64,000 nucleotides of DNA from Saccharolobus islandicus REY15A. Lineage in GTDB: Archaea; Thermoproteota; Thermoprotei_A; Sulfolobales; Sulfolobaceae. Each line of letters begins with the position of its first letter. Position 1 is the first letter of the stretch. Shown here one piece after another: positions 11,099-21,206 of this stretch. The notes under the pieces were generated by a model. The model searched no databases and had not been told where the DNA came from. It saw only the letters and a program-made list of their open reading frames with translations. The stretch lies in assembly GCF_000189555.1 (NCBI RefSeq), contig NC_017276.1; one strand, 5' to 3'. The position numbers and the translations under genes are program-made.

Positions 11099-11631
11099 GT
11101 GAGCTGAAAGGTAGTGAAACAGATCGCTTTCTAAAATTTCTAGCAATTTTAAATACTCTTCTAGAAGATAAGGGTCTTGGTAGGATTATTATCGTTGGAG
11201 GTTTTGCTGTAGAATTATATTCTGGTAGAAGCTATAGAACAGGCGATGTGGATGTGATAGTAGAAGGTATAGCGGAAAACTTAGTACGGCAAGTATTAAA
11301 GGAGATATCGGATTTTGGGCTAAGAATATACTTACCTAAGATAAGGGAAATATCGGAAAAGGGAATTGACATAGTCGATAACGTTTATAATAAACGTAAA
11401 TCTCCGCTTAAAGTACAAGTTGACTCTTATTACATCTATATTACTCCGCCGGAAGAGGTAGTATTAACTTACCTAGAAGCATGGAAATTCTGGAACAGTA
11501 TTGAGGATAGAAATAAGGCTGTTCTTGTTTATTGCGCCCAACGGAACAGAATTGACGTTAATTACATAAATCTCGAAAGTGAGAGAAGAGGAGTAAAAGA
11601 TTTCCTTGAGAGAGTGAAAGACTATTGTTAA
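11071..11631 (+). CDS. Nucleotidyltransferase-fold protein (AbiEii/DUF6036-like)
   Basis: IIIVGGFAVELYSGRSYRTGDVDVIV is a GG...TxDxD NTase motif. Confidence 0.75.
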   Translation: MLRELLSRISELKGSETDRFLKFLAILNTLLEDKGLGRIIIVGGFAVELYSGRSYRTGDVDVIVEGIAENLVRQVLKEISDFGLRIYLPKIREISEKGIDIVDNVYNKRKSPLKVQVDSYYIYITPPEEVVLTYLEAWKFWNSIEDRNKAVLVYCAQRNRIDVNYINLESERRGVKDFLERVKDYC

Positions 11632-11751
11632 ATGAGTTATTAAGAATTGCTCCCTAATCTGCTTTGCTGAATACTTCAATTTTCTAAGATGTCAATCTAG
11701 TCAATTTTTCTTAAATTCAAAATCGAACGTTGATTTAAAAGTAAGTTACAC

Positions 11752-12785
11752 TAGTATTTCCGGGAAGTTCTTAGCGTTCAGTTTTATCTAATTCTAAGTA
11801 TGTTATTACATTAAGATTAAACTTATACTTATTTTCCTCAAAGAACTGCTTAATACAGTTTTTAACGTCTTCTATCGTATAAAATATTTTATTGCTCATG
11901 TATTCCTTGAGGGACTTGAAGACTGCCTCGGCCATGTTAAGCTCGGGCGAATAAGGAGGAGTAAATATGGGATGAATGCCCTTCCTACGACAAACCTCAA
12001 GCCTAGTCTTATGAGGAGAATAATTAACCATGTAGACCCTTCCACTACCAAAACGTCTCTTAAAGTACCTCAAGAAGTACTTAACAGACTCAGAATTAGG
12101 CCTCCTAACAAGAGAAACAACTACTTCACCAGTCCAAGCGTTTACAGCAAGAATGACATAGATTGAAGAAAAACCTATATTGACGTGCATTACGGGCTTA
12201 CTACCAATCTTAAAACCTTCCGGATCGACGTGCTAATTACTGCCCTACTCTCGTCTGGAAAGAAGAGAGCCTCTTCTTCCAACTTCTTTATTTTTTTTTA
12301 AAGTCTTCCCACATGTCCTTTCTTGCTTGAACGTTAGTAGGCCTAGGTTTTACTAGATTGTATCCTAGTTCGTGAACTATCTCGTATAGCCTGGATTTCT
12401 TGTACTCTATTCCTTGTTGTAGTAGTGCTATTTTTAGTGTTCTCATTGTCCAGTACTCTTCTTGTATTCCGTATTTTTGAGGCTGGTCTTCTAGTATTTG
12501 TTTTATTTTTTCTTTCTCAGCTTTTCTCGGTCTTCCTGATCTAGGTTTATCTCTTAGTCCGTCAAGACCTTCTTTCTTGTACTTGCCAACCCACAATTTT
12601 ATTGTGGAATAACCCTTGTTCAGCATTTTCGAAACTTCTTTCTCCGATTTACCGTCAACCACATGCAGCTTCACCGCAAGAATCCTCTCCTTAATTCTCG
12701 CGTCCTTCTCTTCCTCGTAAGCTTTAACTAAATCTTGCATAATTCAATTTGGTAATACTAGGCTATAAACTTTTCGGAAATACTA
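11752..12785 (-). mobile_element. IS630-family element, ISC1048-like (1034 bp)
   Basis: TIRs TAGTATTTCCGGGAAGTT and AACTTTTCGGAAATACTA. HTH ORF at 12288-12740 and DDE ORF at 11771-12190 are joined by an A9 slippery run. The DDE ORF appears to lack the LD of the usual LDN motif, so it is probably inactive. Confidence 0.9.
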
Positions 12786-12893
12786 GTGTGGGGTTTTCAT
12801 GAAGCTAAGTTAACGACTTCTGATATCATCTCATATTTAAATAGAGTTAAGGAAATGTTGGAAGAGGCTAAGAAAGTTTTGAACGAGAAGTAA
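12786..12893 (+). pseudogene. 3' remnant of a second PaREP1-family gene
   Basis: Immediately after the IS630 end it reads VWGFHEAKLTTSDIISYLNRVKEMLEEAKKVLNEK*. Confidence 0.8.
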
Positions 12894-13063
12894 TGGGTTT
12901 CAAGTATCGAATTCAGAAAACTCCCGTAGATTAGAGGATTTCTCGCATGAATCTAACGCCGAGTTAAAAATAAATTTCATATAATTTATAAAAAAGGCAA
13001 AATTGCTATCCACAATACCTTAAATAGGAAATGATTTATAAGTCCTATACAGTTTTATAAATT

Positions 13064-13432
13064 ATGGAGTTCTTAAAAAATAATGCACTAGATTTCTTAA
13101 ATTATGCTAGGCTTCTACTACGTGATGGTAGATATAATTTGGCATTATTCTCATTAGAGCAAGCATTGCAGCTAGGTTTAAAATACTACATTTCTAAATT
13201 AACGGGTTCTTTCCCGAAAACGCATGACATAGTAGACTTATTAAAGAGAATTATAGAGCTTACGGGAAATAAAAAGCTTAAAGAAATTTTAAACGCAGAA
13301 ATCTCTACCTTAGATTTGTTAAAACAAGCTTATATTGCCTCAAGATATTTACCTACTAATTATGATAAAGAGGCTGTTGAAAAAGCGTTAAACGTCGTTG
13401 AGGCGATATTAAATGAACTGGGAATATCTTAA
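13064..13432 (+). CDS. HEPN domain protein (HEPN-MNT pair 1)
   Basis: ALFSLEQALQLGLK, PKTHDI and YIASRY motifs (COG2250-type). Confidence 0.9.
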   Translation: MEFLKNNALDFLNYARLLLRDGRYNLALFSLEQALQLGLKYYISKLTGSFPKTHDIVDLLKRIIELTGNKKLKEILNAEISTLDLLKQAYIASRYLPTNYDKEAVEKALNVVEAILNELGIS

Positions 13433-13757
13433 AAAGAAGTGGGATGAGAGGAAAGAATTCCTTAATAACGCTAGGCGTTATGTGAAGTTAATTAAAGAGA
13501 TCTGCGTTAAAAAGGTAGATTCCGAGTGTAGGGTAATACTTTTCGGCTCTGTTGCAAGGGGTAATTATAGAGATGACAGCGATGTAGATGTGCTAATAAT
13601 TACTGATAAGGCTGAAAGCATATGGGATAAAGTAAACATTGAGGTCATTATCGAGAGGGAATTAAACATAGGAGACCCATTTGAATTCCATATAGTAACA
13701 AATAGTGAATATGAGAACTGGTATAAGAAATTCATAGACGTTTACGAGGAATTTTAG
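13413..13757 (+). CDS. Minimal nucleotidyltransferase (MNT pair 1)
   Basis: LFGSVARG...SDVDVL motif. Overlaps the HEPN gene. Confidence 0.9.
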   Translation: MNWEYLKKKWDERKEFLNNARRYVKLIKEICVKKVDSECRVILFGSVARGNYRDDSDVDVLIITDKAESIWDKVNIEVIIERELNIGDPFEFHIVTNSEYENWYKKFIDVYEEF

Positions 13758-13880
13758 TAAGTTATTCCCCATTTCAGAGTGAGGAAAACCCTAAGTTTTA
13801 TTGTAAGAAATATTATAGTTAAGATAATTTTTCAATTTTGCTCAAGTTGGATAGCGTCACGAGAGGTTCTATAATCATTA

Positions 13881-15160
13881 TAGTCTTTTTCATAATATCT
13901 GCAACGGGGGGCTAAAAGGGAGTTAAATCTAGTGTTAGTAATGGGAAGCTGTTGGGCTGAGCGTGCTGAGGACCTTAATTCGCTTTGAACCCAACAGCCC
14001 CCCAAGATATATTAGACAAAATGCACTATTAAAACTAAATGAGCGTGTTGAGGACCTTAAAAAGGGAGATAAGGAAGCTAATCAGCAAGAAGCCCAAGGG
14101 TTTAAACGAGACAAAAGCTAGGGCAATACTACTACACTTGGAGGGAATGAAAATTAACGAAATAGCAAAAATACTACAAGTACACCCAAGCACGGTTTAT
14201 AGATGGGTAAAAGAATTCGAAAAGGAAGGAGAGAAATGCCTATTCTACAAGCAGAGAAAAGGAAGGAACAAGAAAATAAACGAGAGGGAAATAAAGGTAG
14301 AAGAACTACAAGGAAAAACCATATGGGAAGCAAAGGCCTACATAGAAGAAAAGTTTAACGTGAAGATAAGCTACGTAACAGCTTGGAGAATAGCGAGAAA
14401 GAGGTTGAAAATTCCCTACATAAAACCATACAAGATCGACAAGAAGAGGCCAATAGATGCCGACAATATACTTAGGGAGAGGTTGAGGGGTGTTATTAAG
14501 AAGGGTGTAAAAGTGTTTTTCATGGATGAGTGTGGTATTCGTCATGATCCCTCTAGGGTTAGGAGGTTGGGTTTATATATTGTTAAGGCTGATTATCCAA
14601 GTGTTAATGTTCTAGCTTGTATTCCCTTGTTTGATGGTAAGCCTTGTTTTATGCCCACTTATTCCAATGTTGATTCTAGGGTCTTTGTTGAGTTTCTTTA
14701 CTTGCTTAGGGTTGGGAATTCTGGCAACATCGTGTTGATCCTTGATAATGCTAAGTTTCACAAGAATGCTTACGTTTTCTCTGTTGCTTCTCGGCTCAGT
14801 ATCACCTTGCTTTTCTTGCCTCCCTATTCTCCGGATTTAAATCTCATTGAGTTGGTTTGGAAGGACTTGAAGCGTTGGGTTAATACTTATTATCACTCGT
14901 GTTATGCTCTAGAGTTTATTGAGGATGAGTTCTATTATTTGGTTTCTAAGGGTAATTATACTAGGTATTGGATTAAGAAGTTTCATGACGTGCTTGAGGA
15001 AGGTATAAGTATGGAAAAATTTTTCTCATCTCTGTTTTCGTATCTGTTAACAAGTTTTATCAAGTTTTATCTCACAATAGTGCAAGCTTTTCTCAATGTT
15101 TTTCTATATTTTGTATTGAGGGAAGTTATAAGCCCGTTGAAGCTATTATGAAAAAGACTA
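13881..15160 (+). mobile_element. IS630-family element (1280 bp) with single-ORF transposase 14039-15151
   Basis: Perfect 16-bp TIRs TAGTCTTTTTCATAAT and ATTATGAAAAAGACTA, with TA on both flanks. Transposase has an HTH plus FMDECG, LDNAKFH and LPPYSPDLNLIE motifs. Confidence 0.92.
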
Positions 15161-15510
15161 TATAAGGTTGTTAATACTGGTATATAAAGATAACAGGCTG
15201 AACTTGTACGCCACTGACCTTAACTTGAGCGATGAGGAGATAGATGCAACTTGGAAGATTAGGTGGGAGATAGAGAAGTTACACAGGGACGTCAAGACCT
15301 TGGGTATGCAAGATTCCTCTTTCCTCAAGAGGAAGAGGCTTCAAGGTTATCTGCTCCTCTTTGTGATGGTGGTCAACGCGGCCAGAGACTTGGTCACGTC
15401 CCTTAACTTGAAGAGCGTGGAGGAACTTCTCCGGTTCGTTGAAATACGTTTAGAGGGTGCTCTGGGTTTGATGAAAATCTTTAAGCTGCGTTAAAGTAGA
15501 ACAACTGCTA
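15161..15510 (+). mobile_element. 3' fragment of the ISC1200-like element
   Basis: Near-identical to 911-1260 (few substitutions), including the right TIR at 15493-15510. The 5' part is missing. Confidence 0.9.
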
Positions 15511-15768
15511 TCCAGAATTTATAACATAATGACTACGCTATCACACATTCAGATATTTTTTGTAAAATGAATTTAAGGTCTATCGTAAAGTACTACATGA
15601 TTTCTTAGAGAATTATGGGATTGAATAGAGTGAAAACATAGTTTCGTCTCAAGGAAATTAGGATGTGTACAATAATAGGTTTATTAAATTAATTTTTGCA
15701 ATTAACATGATTTATTAGATATATTCTTACGAAAAAATATATAATTATCCCCCTCACCTTTTTCACAT

Positions 15769-17316
15769 ATGAAAGCAACACTCTTAATACCACTTTTGCT
15801 AATTAGTTTCTTTGCTTCTCCTCAACTCTTTCCTTCAAATGTTAGTTATGTTTTTGTTACTAATAATCTAATAGGAGTAGTGTATCATATTCAAAACACA
15901 ACACAACTTTTCTTAATGAATTTAAGTGGTTATATGATTAAGTTACCTTTAGAGGGGATAGCACATCTTTACTCTTACTCCAACTACTTGCTGGTTTTCG
16001 TAGAACCTTATTTTAATGTAGTCTCAAATTTCATGACGTCTTTTCTTTTAAATGGTACAACAGTTTATGTGATAAATACATTAACCATGAAATACTATAA
16101 GCTAAATCTTAAGGAGTTAAGTGTAAATGGAAATAACGGTTATGGTAACACTGATGGAATTTATGCTTTTAATGTGTCAAGCAAAATCTTATCAACTACA
16201 AATGAAGAAGTTTACGGTTACACAGTAGTTATACCTAAAGTTGAAATAATCATAAATGCATATAACTTAATAACCAATTCTACTAGAACAATATCATTTG
16301 TTACAACTGGTCTACCACTGTCCTTTGAGAAGGATGGCGAAAATTTCACAGGCAAACCCTATGCTGTTCTCAATCCTAATAATAATTTCCTCTATATTAT
16401 AACGTCAAATAATAACCTCCAATACATTATTAACGTCATAAATCTAACTTCTGGTGGAGTAAGCGAGTTTAATGTTAGTTTTAATGGGGAGATAGCAGAT
16501 TTAACTCAAGACTACTTAACGTTCTATAATACCTCTGAAGTAATGCTCTATAATCCTATAAAGAATATTACTATTTCATATCCATTCTTCTCTCCCAGAT
16601 TAATAAGTATTTCTTGTGTTCCATCTACACCAAATCTTTATCCGCTAATAACTTATACCAATAAAAGCAATAATACCCTTGTCTCAACAATATTATCTTT
16701 TACCAATGGTGGAAAAAACATTTCCATAGCTAATATTCCCCTTATATTACTCTGTCCAGTAATTATAGTAAGCGAATCAAATGATACGAACAGTCTTAAA
16801 ATACCTTTTTCCACTACTCCCAATGAAATTAAATTAAATTCAGTTCCAGTAAGTATTAACGGAAATGTTGTGTCATCAGTATCTGAGATTTACGTCTTCG
16901 AATCTTCAGTACTTCTAAAAACCTCAAATGGCTATTTAGTTTATAATGGTGGAAAATTAATTAATGGTCAAGTAGTATCTGGCGTGGTTATTACCAACAG
17001 TAGCAACGTGAATTATGCCTACGAAAATGTTTTAGGAGTAAACCAGCCAATTATTTCAACGAATACCATCATAATTGGAGGCAAACCTTATTATATACCT
17101 GGGGGCAAATACATTGTCGGAAACATAGGCAATAATGTAGTTCTTTATGGAAATGGAGAGATAAGCGTTACGCAAGTTAATGAATCAGGAAGTGGAATTC
17201 ATGTTAATACACCAGAACTATGGCTTAATATTGGAATAACTGCATTCATAGCAATTGTATTATTAATAGTGGTAATCGCGCTTATTAAATTATTAAGAAA
17301 AAAAGGTGGTAAGTAA
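15769..17316 (+). CDS. Membrane-anchored cell-surface glycoprotein, function unknown
   Basis: N-terminal signal peptide, Asn/Ser/Thr-rich with many N-x-S/T sites, C-terminal TM helix followed by a basic tail. Confidence 0.8.
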   Translation: MKATLLIPLLLISFFASPQLFPSNVSYVFVTNNLIGVVYHIQNTTQLFLMNLSGYMIKLPLEGIAHLYSYSNYLLVFVEPYFNVVSNFMTSFLLNGTTVYVINTLTMKYYKLNLKELSVNGNNGYGNTDGIYAFNVSSKILSTTNEEVYGYTVVIPKVEIIINAYNLITNSTRTISFVTTGLPLSFEKDGENFTGKPYAVLNPNNNFLYIITSNNNLQYIINVINLTSGGVSEFNVSFNGEIADLTQDYLTFYNTSEVMLYNPIKNITISYPFFSPRLISISCVPSTPNLYPLITYTNKSNNTLVSTILSFTNGGKNISIANIPLILLCPVIIVSESNDTNSLKIPFSTTPNEIKLNSVPVSINGNVVSSVSEIYVFESSVLLKTSNGYLVYNGGKLINGQVVSGVVITNSSNVNYAYENVLGVNQPIISTNTIIIGGKPYYIPGGKYIVGNIGNNVVLYGNGEISVTQVNESGSGIHVNTPELWLNIGITAFIAIVLLIVVIALIKLLRKKGGK

Positions 17317-17499
17317 GGAAATGAGAAACTTTTATAATATATAGTGTTTTTTCTAGTAAACACGAAGGTAATTAGAAGAGAGATTCCAGATCAATTTTAG
17401 TGGAGAGATGTTAGAAATAATAAGGAAAAATTCTATCAATTCTAATTTCTTATTTGTTATTGAATTCTATAAAAATTAATCTGTTAGCTAAAGACTATA

Positions 17500-17844
17500 T
17501 CATTTATTCAGCCTAACTATATAATAAAATAGTAGAGCGCTTATTAATGATATTGTACCATAAATTAGTGGGTAAAGAAGTACAACTAGAAATGGGTTAA
17601 TTCCAATTAGTTGTCCAATTATTTCTGCTATTTTACTAACAGCGTTTATAGGGTAAATTAGATATAGGGAAAGTGAGGATAAGAATCCTATGAGAAAACC
17701 TCCTATCGCTGAATACTTTCTGCTTAATAATCCTAAGGGTATTCCTATAGCTACTGCTGTAAATGGATACAATACAAAAATTTGCATTATATATGCTAAT
17801 AGTATTGACGAAATGATAATGTAAATCGTATTTGTACCTTTCAT
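17500..17844 (-). CDS. Small integral membrane protein
   Basis: Three to four hydrophobic segments. Lies 5 bp downstream of the acylase gene. Confidence 0.7.
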   Translation of the reverse strand: MKGTNTIYIIISSILLAYIMQIFVLYPFTAVAIGIPLGLLSRKYSAIGGFLIGFLSSLSLYLIYPINAVSKIAEIIGQLIGINPFLVVLLYPLIYGTISLISALLFYYIVRLNK

Positions 17845-17849
17845 TACTA

Positions 17850-20339
17850 TTACGCCTCCAATGTTATTTTTGCTATTATGGTATAATTATATCCTGAATA
17901 GGAAATATATTTGAAGGATAACCATAGGGGTAATTGATTCTCTCTAAACGCGCTAACTAGACTCTCTGAAGGACCACCTGGGAATATTCCATAGAATTGT
18001 GAAGAGTAAGGTGAAGCTATAAACCTAAGCGATGAACCTACTGTTACATAAGGTAAAGGAACTGTGGGAATATAAGGAGTTGAACCAACTGCAAGCGTAT
18101 GAGGATCACCAAATATTGGAATAGGGCCAACGGAAAGCGCCTTTAATCCCAATGGGTTGTAAATTTCTAAGAAATGTACTCTTCCCCAATACCATTGGCT
18201 TATATTATCTCCTAAATTCTGTTCTAATAACGAGATCGCTTTAACAAACGATTGCCTAACTAAGTTAGTGAAGTTTCCATTAACCCAAATTGATGTAGGA
18301 TCGTATTGTGCAATATATATGAAGTCAGGTACAATATAAGGTATACTAGCTATATCTAATATGTCTAAACCCATTTTATTAAGTATTTTCGCAATGCTAT
18401 TATTCACCATTTCGGCAACAATATAAGTATATATTGTAGGCGCTACCTCGTTTTGGTAAAATGTGAAGTTCCAATTACGTAGATAGTTAAATGCAGTTCC
18501 TTGAATACTGCCATTCGTGTTATTGACCATAGCCTTTATTATAAGGGGAGTAAGTAATGATGCCCAATAATCGGTAACGTTGGATTGTAATTTCATCATA
18601 TCACTAATGTTAACACTTCGTTGATACTCTAAATAATGATAAATATCTTCAGCTCTACCACCGGAGCTCCAGAATCCACCAATAAATGGAAATGGATAAT
18701 TTATCCAAACAGTGGGTTGATTAGGTGCAAAGGCGAACCCCCTTACAGGGTCAAATGTCTGCGGCAAGTATTTGAAGGGTATATAACCAATTGGTTCGTA
18801 CTTCGTAACAGTACCGTTTAATGGCGTTCTTGCACCCACTACCAATACGCTTTTACCATTAGGTAAAGTCTCATTTATAAGTGGATACAGCCCAGCTACA
18901 ATTATTCCTGCATGATGCTTACTTACAATTGCCAAGTTCTGTGGGGGAATTACCCAATACTTTGCTGCATTTATTAAATCATTAAAGGACGTTGAATTAT
19001 CTAAAAGAAGTATGGAAATTACTGTAAGAATCGGCTCTTTCCACGCAGACCAATACAGACTTATTCCGTAGTTCTTATACCTAGCTACTAGTGGTCCATT
19101 ATTAGTATAGTAAACGGTATACGTTCTGCCCATTAATGTGTAATTATACTCATTCATTTGATACCATTTACCATTATAATAATACTGACTTCCATTCACT
19201 ATTTCCAGATAAGCGTCTGAAGAACTCCCTTCTGGTGTCGTTAATCCCCATGCAGTATAGGTTGTATGTCCTATTAGAACCCCTGGTATACCAACTAATG
19301 ACCAACCGGTTACGTTAAACGCAGGGGCTATAAGTTGTAATGGAATCCAGACTGATGGATCAAATAAAGGTAAATGCGGGTCGTTAGCCAGTATCGGACC
19401 TTGAGTGGAAAAATCAGAAGTTATAACCCATGAGTTGCTTGCAAATTTCGGAAACAAGATAAAAGGATCTGAAATGTTCAGTATGGCATACTTCATTAGT
19501 GGTACTAGATCTTTAAACTCATCTTTATTTATGCCAGTAGCCCATGATTGATACCAGTTTAGCGACCATAAATACTGAGGTGAAATCCCTTGATCGGTTA
19601 AATTATAACCGTTAACTGTACCATCCCCAGGGATGACAGTAAGATTTCCATCTATGAAATGAGGATAATATGGATTAATTTCGTTGATTTCTGAATAGTT
19701 GAAGTATGTGTAAAGTAGTGCCGATTTAAGTTCATCATTAAATCCTGAAGTTAAACTCCAACCCATATATTCCCCAAAAGCTAACGAATACTCTGGTGAC
19801 CAATAATAAGGTCTAACATTTAATAACTTGAACTCTAAGGGCAAATCCCTATAGTTTAAAGTATTTATATAATCATTAACACCTTGAGAGAAGGCTTCCA
19901 GATATGAGTAAATTGTTGGATAGTTGTGCTTTAAGTATTGAGCACTCATTATTGCATTCTGCGGTATTCCTATTAAATGCATCGCGATATCCGAGGATAA
20001 CGCTTTCGCACCAACCCAAGAGCTTAAATTTCCCATAGCTAAAAGGCCAAATAATTCTATTTCAAATAATCTTTGACTAGCTTCGTAATAACCTTCAGCG
20101 AGAAAGAGATCATGAAGATTGTTTGCGTAAATATGAGCTATTCCATTACTATCTATGTATATATTTACGTTACCACTTAAGCCAGGGATGGAAACGATTT
20201 CGTTTAGCATATTTACGTTACCAGAAGAGTACCAAATCCCAAGAAAGGGATTTAAAATAGATAAAGATGTCGTAAAAATAGAAAGAATTACTAATAAAGT
20301 CACTAATGCACCTATCATGAGGTAATTATATCCCTTCAA
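17850..20339 (-). CDS. Penicillin acylase family protein (Ntn hydrolase, peptidase S45), N-terminally anchored
   Basis: DSNGIAHIYA...GYYEASQRLFE motif, A-SNSWV nucleophile site, ILANDPHL. Confidence 0.92.
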   Translation of the reverse strand: MKGYNYLMIGALVTLLVILSIFTTSLSILNPFLGIWYSSGNVNMLNEIVSIPGLSGNVNIYIDSNGIAHIYANNLHDLFLAEGYYEASQRLFEIELFGLLAMGNLSSWVGAKALSSDIAMHLIGIPQNAIMSAQYLKHNYPTIYSYLEAFSQGVNDYINTLNYRDLPLEFKLLNVRPYYWSPEYSLAFGEYMGWSLTSGFNDELKSALLYTYFNYSEINEINPYYPHFIDGNLTVIPGDGTVNGYNLTDQGISPQYLWSLNWYQSWATGINKDEFKDLVPLMKYAILNISDPFILFPKFASNSWVITSDFSTQGPILANDPHLPLFDPSVWIPLQLIAPAFNVTGWSLVGIPGVLIGHTTYTAWGLTTPEGSSSDAYLEIVNGSQYYYNGKWYQMNEYNYTLMGRTYTVYYTNNGPLVARYKNYGISLYWSAWKEPILTVISILLLDNSTSFNDLINAAKYWVIPPQNLAIVSKHHAGIIVAGLYPLINETLPNGKSVLVVGARTPLNGTVTKYEPIGYIPFKYLPQTFDPVRGFAFAPNQPTVWINYPFPFIGGFWSSGGRAEDIYHYLEYQRSVNISDMMKLQSNVTDYWASLLTPLIIKAMVNNTNGSIQGTAFNYLRNWNFTFYQNEVAPTIYTYIVAEMVNNSIAKILNKMGLDILDIASIPYIVPDFIYIAQYDPTSIWVNGNFTNLVRQSFVKAISLLEQNLGDNISQWYWGRVHFLEIYNPLGLKALSVGPIPIFGDPHTLAVGSTPYIPTVPLPYVTVGSSLRFIASPYSSQFYGIFPGGPSESLVSAFRENQLPLWLSFKYISYSGYNYTIIAKITLEA

Positions 20340-20599
20340 CTACTACACCTCCTTCTTATCATACTTAAATTATGTAAATTCCATAAAAAAGTTTCCACAA
20401 TAGAGGTGAGTGTTTTTGCATTAACCTTGCATTTTGCAAGTTTTCAAATCTCTTTAAGAGGCTTCACAGCCAGCCTCTCAAATGGGTTTTTATCCCATTA
20501 GTGTCCTTGGGCTTATCTTGTTTTACTCCTTACTTGTTTATTTCATTTTCTCTTGTAATACTTAATTTTGTTTATAATCTAGTTTTGCGTGAATTCCCC

Positions 20600-21197
20600 G
20601 TAGGAGAGCTCTACCAACTTAAATACACCCCCTTGGTAATTGAAGAGATCAAAGTTCTAGCTAAAATACTGCTCGAAACGCAAGAGAGGTTAGGAAGATG
20701 ATTAAGGGGCAAGTACCAGATGACCACGTCTTATTAACAATTCCGGGTGTTGGGAGGCTTGCAGCTGGTATTATTATAGGTATTGTTGATGATATTAAGT
20801 GCTTTTCAAGGCCGAGTCCTTTGTAGCTTATTGTGGATTAGACCCTGTTGTGGAAAGAAGCGGTAGGGCTGTGATAAGTAAGGGAATTCCCAAGAGGAGT
20901 AATAGATACTTGCGTAACTTGTTTTATTTTCTTGCAGAGATAAATTACCATAGGCCCCAACCTTGCTGAAGTTCTACGAGTCCCACAAGGTTAAGCTTCA
21001 CAGTAGGAAATTGCACACTGCTTTGGCTAGAAAGTTGGCTAGGATTGTTTGGAGTGTTTGGTATAATAATAAGCCTTATGAGCCAAAGTGATTGAAGTTC
21101 CCTCCCCCGAATCGCCACGTGGGTTGAAAGGATCTACGTGGCAACCTTAGTTGACACTATGCTTGAAGTTTGACCGAAAGGTTTGTTACTGAACGCC
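20600..21197 (+). mobile_element. IS110-family remnant, second copy
   Basis: LLTIPGVGRLAAGII...FVAYCGLDPVVERSG with frameshifts. Stop at 21089-21091. The right end is homologous to 10736-10840. Confidence 0.85.
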
Positions 21198-21206
21198 CCC
21201 GTTAAG

